This document shows positions 10,276 to 20,986 of a stretch of DNA of 64,000 nucleotides, piece by piece; position 1 is the stretch's first letter; each line of letters starts with the position of its first letter. A program made the translations under genes and the position numbers. The notes beneath the pieces were generated by a model that had not been told where the DNA came from, did no database searches, and saw only the letters and a program-made list of their open reading frames with translations. The stretch lies in the IMG/VR virus record IMGVR_UViG_3300042387_002331; one strand, 5' to 3'. This DNA comes from a virus.

Positions 10276-10572
10276 ATGGGAATCTTAACTAAATTAACAA
10301 CTCAAGGATCTGCTTTTACAGCATATGATGGTACTACTCCAACTGTAAATCCACTTGCAACCCAGCAATCTAAATTACATGCTAATGGAAACCAACCAGG
10401 ATATTCATTAAATGGTGCTAATGCTGGTCAAGTAACAGCAGATTATAATGCATATCAAGATGGAACACCAAACCAAATTCCATTGCCTTCATTATTAGAC
10501 ATAAATGGAGTTATCCCACCAGTATCACCAGGTGGACAAGGTTTACCGTATTTGAATAATTTACCTGGTTAA
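10276..10572 (+). CDS. Hypothetical virion protein
   Basis: 98 aa in the tail module with the late motif at 10252. Confidence 0.55.
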   Translation: MGILTKLTTQGSAFTAYDGTTPTVNPLATQQSKLHANGNQPGYSLNGANAGQVTADYNAYQDGTPNQIPLPSLLDINGVIPPVSPGGQGLPYLNNLPG

Positions 10573-10582
10573 AACTAATTAA

Positions 10583-12655
10583 ATGGGTCTTTTACTGAAA
10601 TTAAATAATGGGGATACCCAATTAAAATCACTTAAATTTGGTAAAGATAGACCAGGAGGGGGAGATAGTGGACAACCTTTTATTCCTCAAAACATACAAA
10701 CAGGTCTTCAGAATCCTTCGTTTTATAACGATTTTGTATTGCGTGGAGGAATTGAAGCCCCTTTAAGTGCCGCTGAAGACGTTACTCGTTTAACCAAATA
10801 TTTTATAAACATAAAAAACCCTAGCGGGCTTTTATTTACAGCAAAACAAAACCTACTTTCTCGAGTAGGTACAAAAACTGAAGCATCTAAAGGGTTAGGT
10901 TATGCTGGGGGTGCTTTAAATGAAGGAGCATATACACCATTATCTACATTAGCTGAAGCTGGAATAGTATGGGCTGGAGGTCATGTAAACAAACAAGGTT
11001 TAGATCCTACTGGTTTATTTTCATTTGCTTCTATTAACAAATATCAAGATGTTATTGCCCAAAATCAACTTACTGGAAGAATTGATTTAGAAAACAATAG
11101 ACTAGTTAGACTTTCTACTTTAATTCCAGTAAATAGTGGTGAAAATAATTTTGCTTTTGTTAAAGGATATAGTTTAAATCCTACACTAGAAAATGATGTT
11201 TTAATTTCTTATGGAGGCGGATCCGACTCAGTTTTAGGAATAGGAAAAACTAAAATTAAATTTGCAACCGGAAACGATGGTGTTCCTTTAAAAACACTAG
11301 TACCAAAGCCAAAAGATTATTTAGTAGGTAAACCATATGATCCAACCAATGAGGATAAATTCCAATTACCTATTAACGCATCTTCAGATTATAACGAATA
11401 TATAAAAAGTTTTTCAAGTAATTTTGTTGAAAATGATTTAACCAAAAACGGAAAAAATTCGTTTACACAAAATTTTCCAATAGATGTTTACGAATCAGGA
11501 TCACTTAAAAGTAATAGTAATATAGGAAAAGGTTCATGGACACAACAAGACTTTACAAACCAACCTATTAATTCGGATGCAACTACATTAAATGATTTTA
11601 GACAAATACTAAAACCAACAGAAAGCCCTCAATATACCTTTTTAAGTTTAGCTCCTCCATATGCAACTAACAATATTGAAGATAATCTTAAATTGGGTAA
11701 TCCTGGAAGAAAAGGAAACATTTCAAGTTACACAGCAGGTAAAAAATCTATAAACGGACCTATTACCAATTTAGGACCTGTAGATAGAGTAAATGCTTCT
11801 CCAATATATAAAACAAACACTAAAGACGGATCTAAATACTCTACCGACCCAAATTTAAAAGACATTATTCCGTTTTTTATCGCTATATTAAACAATGATA
11901 ATCAAGTAGGAGGTACATATAAAAAATATATGCACTTTAGAGCTTTTATAGATTCATTTTCTGATTCATATGGTGCTGAATGGAAATCTATAGAATATAT
12001 GGGTAGAGCAGAAAAATTCTACAAATATGGAGGATTTACTCGAGAAATATCAATGGCATTTACTATTGTAGCTCAATCAAGAGAAGAAATAACAATTATG
12101 TATGATAAGTTAAACTTCCTTGCCTCTTCACTTGCTCCTGAGTACCTTGATAGTTACACATCAGGATATATGGCAGGAAACATTGCATACGTTACTTTAG
12201 GAGGTTATTTAGATGACCAACCAGGAGTTATAACATCATTAACATTTGATGTCCCTGAAGAATCACCTTGGGAAATAGGTATAGATGATGCGGGAAATGA
12301 TTTACCTATAAATGATATCAGACAAGTACCTCATATGATTAAAGTAACGGGTATTAAATTTATTCCAATTCACAAATTTAGACCTGAAAAACAATCATTT
12401 AGAAATGATAAACTTGGAACTGATAGTACTAGATTACTAAACACAGGTAAACAAAGATACATAGACCAACTTCGTCCTGAAACATCAAATTATGATAGAG
12501 AAAATTCACGATTAAATCAAATAGAGTCAGAAAAGATTGCTTTACAAAACCAAACCACTACAAACTTATTAGTATCCCAACAAGCCCCATCAGGGATAGA
12601 AAATGTTACAAATAACCAAGGTTTAATTAATTCTAATACACTTACTCAATTATGA
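10583..12655 (+). CDS. Baseplate / tube-initiator-like protein
   Basis: FRAFIDSFSDSY.AEW....YMGRAE.FY.Y.GF.R.IS..F tube-fold segment; position in the tail module. Confidence 0.6.
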   Translation: MGLLLKLNNGDTQLKSLKFGKDRPGGGDSGQPFIPQNIQTGLQNPSFYNDFVLRGGIEAPLSAAEDVTRLTKYFINIKNPSGLLFTAKQNLLSRVGTKTEASKGLGYAGGALNEGAYTPLSTLAEAGIVWAGGHVNKQGLDPTGLFSFASINKYQDVIAQNQLTGRIDLENNRLVRLSTLIPVNSGENNFAFVKGYSLNPTLENDVLISYGGGSDSVLGIGKTKIKFATGNDGVPLKTLVPKPKDYLVGKPYDPTNEDKFQLPINASSDYNEYIKSFSSNFVENDLTKNGKNSFTQNFPIDVYESGSLKSNSNIGKGSWTQQDFTNQPINSDATTLNDFRQILKPTESPQYTFLSLAPPYATNNIEDNLKLGNPGRKGNISSYTAGKKSINGPITNLGPVDRVNASPIYKTNTKDGSKYSTDPNLKDIIPFFIAILNNDNQVGGTYKKYMHFRAFIDSFSDSYGAEWKSIEYMGRAEKFYKYGGFTREISMAFTIVAQSREEITIMYDKLNFLASSLAPEYLDSYTSGYMAGNIAYVTLGGYLDDQPGVITSLTFDVPEESPWEIGIDDAGNDLPINDIRQVPHMIKVTGIKFIPIHKFRPEKQSFRNDKLGTDSTRLLNTGKQRYIDQLRPETSNYDRENSRLNQIESEKIALQNQTTTNLLVSQQAPSGIENVTNNQGLINSNTLTQL

Positions 12656-12966
12656 TTCGTTACAGAGGTTCTTTTACATATGATACTCCTAATGGATCTC
12701 AAATAGGATATGCTTTAACTAAATATCCAATAATTCCTTTGAGTTCTTTAGATATTTATGTATATACTACACAAGGTGATAGGTATGATGTTATAGCACA
12801 AAACTACTATAATGATTCAACTTTGTGGTGGATAATTAATCGTGCAAACCCAAATCAAGATGCAAATTCAATATTTCCTACTGTAGGGGCCCAAATCAGG
12901 ATTCCTGCTTTTGACAGAATAGGAGAAATTTTATTACAATATGAAGCATTAAATTTATCAATTTAA
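12652..12966 (+). CDS. LysM-like baseplate wedge protein (gp53 / P2 gpX-like)
   Basis: GDRYDVIAQNYYNDSTLWWII..AN...G.QIRIP. Confidence 0.8.
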   Translation: MIRYRGSFTYDTPNGSQIGYALTKYPIIPLSSLDIYVYTTQGDRYDVIAQNYYNDSTLWWIINRANPNQDANSIFPTVGAQIRIPAFDRIGEILLQYEALNLSI

Positions 12967-12973
12967 AAAAGTT

Positions 12974-15900
12974 ATGGCTATTATCGGAGAACCAATCCCA
13001 GGATATGTTGCAAATCAAATAGTTGTTAGACAACTACTTCATGGAAGTGGTGCTGGAACTGCTAATGATAAATCATCATTTTCTAGAACCGACCAACAAA
13101 TTAATCTTTTAAATTCTAATACAGCTTGGGTAAAATTAGCCTCTGGAATTTCAGTAAGTGCTGAAAGGTTAACGGATATAGGGGTATCTACTTCCCTTAA
13201 TGGAATGGGTTTAGCAAAAAAATATATTTTACATGCTGGATTTTCTAGATTAGAACAAGATGGAACTGATAGATTAATTCAACGACAAGGCTTTCTCCCC
13301 CAAGATCCAAATAGTTCATATACTTATGGAACATATGGATATTCTCCTATGCCTGGTATTTTAAGTGCTGATATAAAATCATTAAATAGGGGTTCAATTA
13401 AAAAAGCAACAGTTAGACTAATTGCTCATAATAAACAACAATTTGATATTATAGATCTTTTATATTTAAGACTAGGATATACTGTTTTACTTGAATGGGG
13501 AAATAGTCTTTTTACTGCTAATGGGGTAGATAGAGACATATTACGTGAGACATTACTTGAAAAAACGTTTTTTGATTTAGGTGAAAAAAAGTCATATCTA
13601 GATATGTTAACCCCTATTGAAACCTACAGACAAAAATATGCAGGAAACTACGATGGACTTTTAGGTAAAGTATCTAATTTTAGTTGGGCATTTCAACCTG
13701 ATGGATCATATAGTATAGAAATTACTATAATAAGTTTAGGTGATGTTATTGAATCATTAAAAACTAATATTTCGATCCCTCAAAGTTTTAAAAAGTTTAC
13801 AGAAATAGGTTCAATTTCTTTATCCGAAGAAGAAGCTAGTAAAATTAACAACCAAACTTCTTTTCAAGGTAGTACCTCTACAAACGAATCTTCAAATAAC
13901 CCCAACATAATAGAAGATAATAAAAGTTCTAATGCTCTATATGCTATGTTGTGGACATGGAAATGGACCAATAGAAATTTTGAAAACCCAGAATACGTTA
14001 AACAAATCCCTAAAGAACTTCAAGTTACATTTACTGATTTAAAAAATATGGGAACTTTTATTCCTCCTGGAGGAAAAACTGTTGAAGCCCAAACTACTAC
14101 AGTAGAATTTTATTATAAGATATCTTCAAAAAAACTTTCAGCAGGATTATCAGGAAAAAATGCTTTAGAACTTTCTAAAGTTCACCCAGAAGCTAAAAGT
14201 GAATGGTTCCAACCAGTAAAAGAAGAGCTTTCATCAAATTCTCCTAGTGTGCTTGAAGCTGCAATTACTCAAAAACAAAAATCATTAGAAGATGCTTTAG
14301 CAACAAAAACTAAAAACCCTAAAGAAGGTGAATATCCTGTTGTAAAAATTTGGAATAGTGCTAAAGTAAGATATGAAGTAGCTAATGATAGAGCAGGCAC
14401 TGTAAGAGAAATAGCAGATCCTGGATGGGATTATTATTATATCTATGTAGCTTACAAAAAATTAAATTCTACTACAGTTTCTGCTGAAAACCCTATTAGA
14501 AATTTTGGATGTGAAGATTGTTTTTTTCTAAGTATACCTACTTATCCATATTATCTTAGATTTGGAGCTTTATTAAAATATCTTGTTGAAGATATATTTC
14601 CAAAAATAGATGATGGTAATTCTGACTATGCAAGTAGACCTCCAATTGTAAATATTGATTACAGTGAAGAAAACAATGTTATGTTTACTTTAAAAAGTCA
14701 AGTTTCTTTAGACCCAAGAGTTTGTTTAGTAAGAAATGATTCTTTAGGAGGCAAATATAAAGTCCTCCCAGAAATTTTTCCTTTTCAAGTTACAGAAAAT
14801 AAAAATGTAGCAACCCCTATGAATATTTATTTGAATTTTGACTTTATTACGGAATGCATAAGTTCAAATGCCGATGAAAGGGGAGATGTTAATGTATATA
14901 ACTTTTTAAAATCAATATGTGATGGTTTAAATAAAGCTTTAGGTGGAGTAAACAACCTAGAACCAGTAGTTGATGAAAATAGTAATGTTCTTAGTATTGT
15001 AGATACAACCCCTATCCCTGGGTTAAACCAAAATGATGTCTCAAATTATATCCTCCAATTATATGGATATAAAAAAAATGGAAACTTATATGAATCTAAT
15101 TTTGTTAGAAAAGTCGACTTAAAAACAGCCATAACCCCAGAGTATGCTACTATGATTACTGTAGGAGCAACTGCTGGAGGATATGTTAAAGGAGTTGAAG
15201 CAACTGCATTTTCAAAATGGAATGTTGGATTAACTGATAGATTTAAAGAATCCCTTATACCTGGAAATCCAAACTCAGCCCCTCCTTCTTCTTCAGTTTC
15301 GGGCTCAGAAGATGAAGCTGTTGTAAACTATAATAAAAATTACTATGGAGGAAAGGTTGCAAGACTTTATGGATTTGGAAATGATGACAATAATAAAGTT
15401 TCTATTTCTTCTGATATTATAGATAAAAATATTTCTATAGTAACAGAATATAACAAATATACAATGGCTTCTAATGGTATAAAATCAGGAGGAACAATTG
15501 GATTTATACCATTTAAAATTTCATTTGTTATGGATGGAATATCGGGTATAAAAATATATAGTAAATTACAAGTTGATACTCGATTTTTACCCAAAGCGTA
15601 TGGTGACAATTTAAATTTAATTGTTACTGGGGTAAACCATAAGTTAGCAAATAATGATTGGGAAACTGAAATAGAAGCAACTGTTATTCCTAAAACAGGA
15701 GATATTACTGAAATTGATCAAACAGTTTCAAACCCTATTTACCAAACATATTCTCAAGCAGTTCAAGCAGCATCAACCTCAGGAAATGTAAAATCATGCA
15801 GTAGTATTCCTCAAGGCAATGGAATATTATCTTCAGAAAGATCTATTTTAAAATCAAGAAACATTAATTATCTTAATTACAAAGGTATTCAAAATACTGA

Positions 15901-16642
15901 TAAATCTGTTATTGACTTTATTAGAGGAAAAAATGAAGGAGGATACTTTCATCCTATCCAATATGTTGTATATACATCTGAAAATAATGTATCCCCTAAA
16001 CCAGGAGGAGTAGGAATGGGAGCTTCAGGAGAAACTCTTTGGGGAGAAGATAGATTTGCTGGTGATGGAGACGGCACTGCTAATAAACGAGAATTTTGGA
16101 GTATAGTAGATAAATATTCTGGGTTTGGAGCCTTTTCATCCCTTAGTTTAAAATATGGCAAAAAATGGAGCGGCTGGCAAAAGTGGAAAAGTCCAGGAGG
16201 GTTAATTTATAAAAATTATCAAGATAAAGGATGGAAATATGATAATCTTCATTATCCTGATAAAGATCCTTATTGGGGTGGAAGAAACATTAATCAAACC
16301 CAATGGAAAAAAGATCTTGAAAGACTTAAAGAACTTAAATATAAAATAGTTGAAGAATCATTTTACACAATGTTAAATGGTAATTTTAAAACTCATCCTG
16401 AACTTAAAAATCTTATTTTAAGTGATGTAAGAACAAGATATATGTGGTATAGAGCTAGATATAATGGACCAGGATATTTTCAAGCTTATGCTAAAAATTT
16501 AAAAAATGTTTGGGATGGTGGAGAAAGAAATATAGATAAATTAATATGTATTGATTTTACTTTTAGGTATAATTATAATAAAGGAAAAACATATGAACCT
16601 GATGTAAAACGAATGGCCGATTATGTAATTCCCAATAGATAA
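12974..16642 (+). CDS. Large baseplate hub protein with a putative C-terminal muramidase domain
   Basis: Follows the LysM gene; PMPGI, LYLRLGYTVLLEWG and VTGVNH...WETEI hub-type motifs; C-terminal EGGY...GETLWG. Confidence 0.65.
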   Translation: MAIIGEPIPGYVANQIVVRQLLHGSGAGTANDKSSFSRTDQQINLLNSNTAWVKLASGISVSAERLTDIGVSTSLNGMGLAKKYILHAGFSRLEQDGTDRLIQRQGFLPQDPNSSYTYGTYGYSPMPGILSADIKSLNRGSIKKATVRLIAHNKQQFDIIDLLYLRLGYTVLLEWGNSLFTANGVDRDILRETLLEKTFFDLGEKKSYLDMLTPIETYRQKYAGNYDGLLGKVSNFSWAFQPDGSYSIEITIISLGDVIESLKTNISIPQSFKKFTEIGSISLSEEEASKINNQTSFQGSTSTNESSNNPNIIEDNKSSNALYAMLWTWKWTNRNFENPEYVKQIPKELQVTFTDLKNMGTFIPPGGKTVEAQTTTVEFYYKISSKKLSAGLSGKNALELSKVHPEAKSEWFQPVKEELSSNSPSVLEAAITQKQKSLEDALATKTKNPKEGEYPVVKIWNSAKVRYEVANDRAGTVREIADPGWDYYYIYVAYKKLNSTTVSAENPIRNFGCEDCFFLSIPTYPYYLRFGALLKYLVEDIFPKIDDGNSDYASRPPIVNIDYSEENNVMFTLKSQVSLDPRVCLVRNDSLGGKYKVLPEIFPFQVTENKNVATPMNIYLNFDFITECISSNADERGDVNVYNFLKSICDGLNKALGGVNNLEPVVDENSNVLSIVDTTPIPGLNQNDVSNYILQLYGYKKNGNLYESNFVRKVDLKTAITPEYATMITVGATAGGYVKGVEATAFSKWNVGLTDRFKESLIPGNPNSAPPSSSVSGSEDEAVVNYNKNYYGGKVARLYGFGNDDNNKVSISSDIIDKNISIVTEYNKYTMASNGIKSGGTIGFIPFKISFVMDGISGIKIYSKLQVDTRFLPKAYGDNLNLIVTGVNHKLANNDWETEIEATVIPKTGDITEIDQTVSNPIYQTYSQAVQAASTSGNVKSCSSIPQGNGILSSERSILKSRNINYLNYKGIQNTDKSVIDFIRGKNEGGYFHPIQYVVYTSENNVSPKPGGVGMGASGETLWGEDRFAGDGDGTANKREFWSIVDKYSGFGAFSSLSLKYGKKWSGWQKWKSPGGLIYKNYQDKGWKYDNLHYPDKDPYWGGRNINQTQWKKDLERLKELKYKIVEESFYTMLNGNFKTHPELKNLILSDVRTRYMWYRARYNGPGYFQAYAKNLKNVWDGGERNIDKLICIDFTFRYNYNKGKTYEPDVKRMADYVIPNR

Positions 16643-16651
16643 TAAATTTTT

Positions 16652-17260
16652 ATGTATTACCCAAAATCTCAAATAAAAACTAATCTTTTCACTAATGGTG
16701 ATGCTTATAAACTTTCTTCTACTAACGAGATATATACTGGATATTACTATGAAGTTTCAAATGGAAGTAAATTTACTGGAAAAAATCCTCAAAACCCACC
16801 TAATATTCTTTTAATCCCTATTAATAACCAATTTTCTAACATTTTTAATACAGGAGTTACTAACAATGTCATACCTCCAATAATAACCCTTGAAACTATA
16901 GATTTAGAATATAATTTGTCTCTCCTTCAAGAAAGATTTATCCCCTTATTTAACCCAACTATACCCACTCCTCAGGACCAACAAAATAAACAATTTACAA
17001 GGTATTTTTGTAAAAAAAATAATGAAATACAATATCTAGAAATTGATTTAAATACATACAAAAAACTTGCAAATCAAGACCCTCAAATAGCATGGGATCT
17101 GTATACTCCTGCTATATTAAATTGGCAAATTGTAGGCAATAAAGAACAAGTTTATAAATCAAATAAAGCATCTGCTGTTGCTATAGAGCAAAACTTAAAA
17201 TGGTATGGGTTCTCTCAATATTTTCAAGACAAGTTTTTAAAATATTACGTGGAATCCTAA
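16652..17260 (+). CDS. Hypothetical phage protein (end of the tail module)
   Basis: 202 aa ORF with Y.GYY and FTRYF.KK segments. Confidence 0.55.
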   Translation: MYYPKSQIKTNLFTNGDAYKLSSTNEIYTGYYYEVSNGSKFTGKNPQNPPNILLIPINNQFSNIFNTGVTNNVIPPIITLETIDLEYNLSLLQERFIPLFNPTIPTPQDQQNKQFTRYFCKKNNEIQYLEIDLNTYKKLANQDPQIAWDLYTPAILNWQIVGNKEQVYKSNKASAVAIEQNLKWYGFSQYFQDKFLKYYVES

Positions 17261-17283
17261 AAAATCTTTAGTATCTTCAAAGC

Positions 17284-18531
17284 ATGTATTGGCTTATAGA
17301 AGATCCTAAACATATAGACATTTTAGCAAGAGCAAGACACGAAGTTGCTTATGTTGAAGTAATTCCAACTTCACACAACTTACACCCTGTTGAAAATGAA
17401 GTATGTGCTCTTTACATTCGTCCAAGGGATGATTTAAAAGGATATATTATCCCAATCAACCATAGCGAAACAATAAATTCTACAATAGATGATTGTTTAA
17501 AAGTATTAAACAGTATAAAAAACATTTACGTAAGGGATAGAAAGGAATTTTTACATTATTTTTGCCTTAAGCATTGTTACCAATACTCACCCTCCCCCCA
17601 TACGTATATACCTCAACAAACAACGGCTCACACACACATTTACAACAAGTATCCAAATATACAATATTTAAACACAATAGTACCGATCGTAAAACACTAT
17701 GAGGTATGTGAACAAAACTATGCTAACTTTAAAGGTGAAATAAACCCATTTTACAATAAAGCAGCACTTGTGTTTAATCAACTAGAACGAGCGGGTATTA
17801 AAGTAGATCCATTATTGTTCGAGGAGTACTTCGATCAACAAGTAGATGAATTTGTATACACGCAATACAATTTAAACACATTAACAACAAGACCATCAAA
17901 TACATTTAATACTATTAACTTTTCAGCCCTAAACAAAGACAATGAAGAAAGAAAATGCTTTATACCCCGTAATGAGAGTTTTATTGAGTTTGACATATCT
18001 GCTTATCACCCTACCCTTTTGGCTAGTCTTTGCGGTTACGACTTTGGTAGTGACGATATCCACTTATCTTTTTCTAAAATGTATGGTGTGGATTACACCA
18101 AAGCGAAAGAGATCACGTTTAAACAGCTTTATGGAGGAATATGGAAGGAATACGAAACCTTGGACTTTTTTCGACAAGTAAAAACATATACAGATGATTT
18201 GTGGAAAACATTTAACACAAACGGATACATTAAATGCCCCATTTCAAATCATAAATTTATGAAAAAGGATCTGGAAAATATGAATCCACAAAAGCTTTTA
18301 AATTACGTACTACAAAATTTGGAGACCGCAAATAATGTTCTTATATTATATGAGATATTTAAGATTTTGCGAGGAAAAAATACTAAACTCGTACTATATG
18401 TGTACGATTCGTTTTTATTTGATGTAGATGAAAGTGAAATAGATATGATAGAACAGATAAAACAGGTATTTAAAGACAAAAAATTACAAATTAAAGTAAA
18501 ACAAGGTAAAAACTACAACGATATTAAATAA
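17284..18531 (+). CDS. Compact family A DNA polymerase-like protein
   Basis: Motif A EFDISAYHP, motif B KAKEITFKQLYGG, motif C LYVYDSFLFD. Confidence 0.78.
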   Translation: MYWLIEDPKHIDILARARHEVAYVEVIPTSHNLHPVENEVCALYIRPRDDLKGYIIPINHSETINSTIDDCLKVLNSIKNIYVRDRKEFLHYFCLKHCYQYSPSPHTYIPQQTTAHTHIYNKYPNIQYLNTIVPIVKHYEVCEQNYANFKGEINPFYNKAALVFNQLERAGIKVDPLLFEEYFDQQVDEFVYTQYNLNTLTTRPSNTFNTINFSALNKDNEERKCFIPRNESFIEFDISAYHPTLLASLCGYDFGSDDIHLSFSKMYGVDYTKAKEITFKQLYGGIWKEYETLDFFRQVKTYTDDLWKTFNTNGYIKCPISNHKFMKKDLENMNPQKLLNYVLQNLETANNVLILYEIFKILRGKNTKLVLYVYDSFLFDVDESEIDMIEQIKQVFKDKKLQIKVKQGKNYNDIK

Positions 18532-18536
18532 AAGTT

Positions 18537-18998
18537 ATGTATAGTACTTTAGAACAACCTCAATATATGTATGATCAATACGACTATGATTTTACATTTG
18601 ATACGCTATTAATGAATAACAGACTGTTTTGTACTTTTACCCCATTGAGTGAGTTAGAGGCGTTGATTGATGCGTTATCTAAACGCTATAGTATTATGTA
18701 CGATAAAATGTTTGTATTGCACATTAAAAGCAATAATGAATATGTTATTACATATAATGTAGATCAAGGAAATGTAAATGATATTCCCGATAATACCATT
18801 TTAGTACATAGAAAAAAAGAATCAAACACACTTTATACAATAAACGCATTAAATGAGTTAATTAAAAAGTTAAATGGAGGTGTAGTTGATACCAAATACC
18901 CAGTAAACTGGCAACATTATAGAAATTGTATTTTATTAACTCAACACAATGAGATTAAACAATTAAATACAAGAATTTTCAAGATTATTGAACTATAA
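18537..18998 (+). CDS. Hypothetical protein
   Basis: Intact ORF between the PolA-like gene and SSB; start uncertain (MNNRLF at about 18612 is an alternative). Confidence 0.6.
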   Translation: MYSTLEQPQYMYDQYDYDFTFDTLLMNNRLFCTFTPLSELEALIDALSKRYSIMYDKMFVLHIKSNNEYVITYNVDQGNVNDIPDNTILVHRKKESNTLYTINALNELIKKLNGGVVDTKYPVNWQHYRNCILLTQHNEIKQLNTRIFKIIEL

Positions 18999-19030
18999 TT
19001 TGGTTATTTAAAAAAAGGTTATTATATTAA
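18999..19030 (+). promoter_or_regulatory. Bacteroidota-type housekeeping promoter TTG-N20-TAnnTT (representative copy)
   Basis: Same 20 nt spacing at 3867, 22001, 27083, 34036, 36713, 43721, 49178, 53930, 57332, 58526 and 60967; variant -33 elements at 17249, 49963 and 62770. Confidence 0.75.
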
Positions 19031-19059
19031 ACGTTGTAAACAATAAAAATAGTTATATT

Positions 19060-19884
19060 ATGAATCTCGATGCAATCAAGAAAAAACTTGAATCAATGCA
19101 AAAGACCTCTAATGGAGGATCTAACAATTCAAGTAACGTCAAGCGTTTTAAACCAACAATTGGCAAACAAACAATCCGTATTGTACCTTTTAAATACAAT
19201 AAGGAATTTCCATTTACGGAAATGAAATTTTATTACGGAATTGGAAGCCGTAAAGTAATTGCTTCTCCTTTAAACTGGGGTGAAAAAGATCCAATTGCAG
19301 AATTTGCAAAACAACTTCGTGGAACAAACGACAAAGAAAATTGGCGTTTAGCTAAAAAATTAGATCCGAAAACTCGTATCTATGCTCCTGTAATTGTACG
19401 TGGTGAAGAAGCTGAAGGTGTTCAAATGTGGGAATTTGGTAAAGAAATTTACGAAGCGTTCTTACAAATGGCTGCTGATGAAGAAGTAGGTGATTTTACA
19501 GATGTTATGTCTGGTAGAGACATTAAGTTAGTTACTGTAGGACCTGAATCAACAGGAACCGCTTACAATAAAACAACTATTGCTCCGTCAATGAAAATGT
19601 CTGCATTGTCTGAAGATTCTAAACAAATTGAAAAATGGTTAGAGGAACAAGAAAATCCAAAAGATATGTACAAGCCACTTCCATTTGATACAATCAAACA
19701 AGCGCTTCAAGAGTGGTTAAACCCTGAGGCAGATGAAGAAGAAGTTTTGGCAGAGGTTGAAGATGAAGTAAAAGAAGAACCAAAATCAAATTACAGCTTA
19801 TCCACCAAACCAGCAGCTAAAAAATCAAAAGCAGAAGCATTTGATGATTTGTTTGGTGAAGATGATGATGATGCTCCATTTTAA
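19060..19884 (+). CDS. Single-stranded DNA-binding protein (gp32-like)
   Basis: IRIVP, GEKDPI and GRDIK motifs; acidic tail DDDDAPF; next to the recombinase. Confidence 0.8.
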   Translation: MNLDAIKKKLESMQKTSNGGSNNSSNVKRFKPTIGKQTIRIVPFKYNKEFPFTEMKFYYGIGSRKVIASPLNWGEKDPIAEFAKQLRGTNDKENWRLAKKLDPKTRIYAPVIVRGEEAEGVQMWEFGKEIYEAFLQMAADEEVGDFTDVMSGRDIKLVTVGPESTGTAYNKTTIAPSMKMSALSEDSKQIEKWLEEQENPKDMYKPLPFDTIKQALQEWLNPEADEEEVLAEVEDEVKEEPKSNYSLSTKPAAKKSKAEAFDDLFGEDDDDAPF

Positions 19885-19899
19885 TTAAGTAAATAAGTT

Positions 19900-20985
19900 A
19901 TGGCTAGAGGAAGAAAATCGCTTACTGAAGCGGCGGGTAATGAACTAAAATCCGCGTTCAATTTAGATAAATTTAAAGCAAATAAGGGTTTAGCATCAAA
20001 TGTTAAATTCAAAGAGCAAAGGTGGATTCCATTTTCACCTGCTCTTCAAGAAGCATTGTCCATCCCTGGTATTCCTATGGGTCATAATTCAATGGTTCGA
20101 GGTAAAAGTAACACAGGTAAATCAACTATGACTATCGAAATTGCAGTTAATGCTCAAAAGATGGGAATATTACCTGTGTTAATCATTACCGAAATGAAAC
20201 ACGATTGGAATCACTGGAAAACAATGGGTTTTGAAATTGAGGATGTAGTTGATATGGAAACTGGTGAAGTTATAGACCAAACAGGTTTCTTTATTTATCG
20301 AGATAGAAGTTCATTGAATTCAATTGAGGACATTGCTGAGTTCATCATTGACTTATTAACTGAACAGAAAAAAGGTAATTTACCATATGATCTACTATTC
20401 ATTTGGGATTCAGTTGGTTCAATTCCATGTCAAATGTCAATTGAACAAGGTAAAAATAATCCAATGTGGAATGCAGGAGCAATTGCAACTCAATTCGGTA
20501 ATTTTATCAATCAACAGATTGTAATGTCTCGTAAAGAAAGTTCAAAATACACGAATACCTTGTTTATTGTAAACAAAGTAGGTGTTGCTCCGGCTTTAAC
20601 TCCTATGTCACAACCTAGGATGACAAATAAAGGTGGAGATACATTTTACTATGACGTTTCACTATGTTTAACTTTTGGAAATGTTACAAATGCTGGTACT
20701 TCTAAACTTAACGCTGTTAAGGACAAGAAAAAAGTTGAATTTGCATTGCGTACAAAAATTGCTTGTGATAAAAACCACATCAACGGTATTACAACAATGG
20801 GTACTATTGTTTCAACAGTACATGGATTTATTAAAGATGATCCAAACGCAATTAAAAAATACAAAGATGCACATTCACATGAATGGGCAGATATTTTAGG
20901 ACAAGGTAATTATACATTACAGGAAGATAATAGTGAGTGGGACGAAAAAGCACCAACACCTGATTTATTTGAAAACGAAGATTAA
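19900..20985 (+). CDS. RecA/UvsX-like recombinase
   Basis: Walker A GKSNTGKST, Walker B FIWDSVGS, KGG and KNH motifs. Confidence 0.82.
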   Translation: MARGRKSLTEAAGNELKSAFNLDKFKANKGLASNVKFKEQRWIPFSPALQEALSIPGIPMGHNSMVRGKSNTGKSTMTIEIAVNAQKMGILPVLIITEMKHDWNHWKTMGFEIEDVVDMETGEVIDQTGFFIYRDRSSLNSIEDIAEFIIDLLTEQKKGNLPYDLLFIWDSVGSIPCQMSIEQGKNNPMWNAGAIATQFGNFINQQIVMSRKESSKYTNTLFIVNKVGVAPALTPMSQPRMTNKGGDTFYYDVSLCLTFGNVTNAGTSKLNAVKDKKKVEFALRTKIACDKNHINGITTMGTIVSTVHGFIKDDPNAIKKYKDAHSHEWADILGQGNYTLQEDNSEWDEKAPTPDLFENED

Positions 20986-20986
20986 T

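Noticed and set aside
1-17260. Bacterial extracellular contractile injection system (multiple sheaths, tube, LysM, hub)
   Set aside because: The module is contiguous with a full phage replisome, nucleotide metabolism and lysis genes, so it is better explained as a phage tail module.
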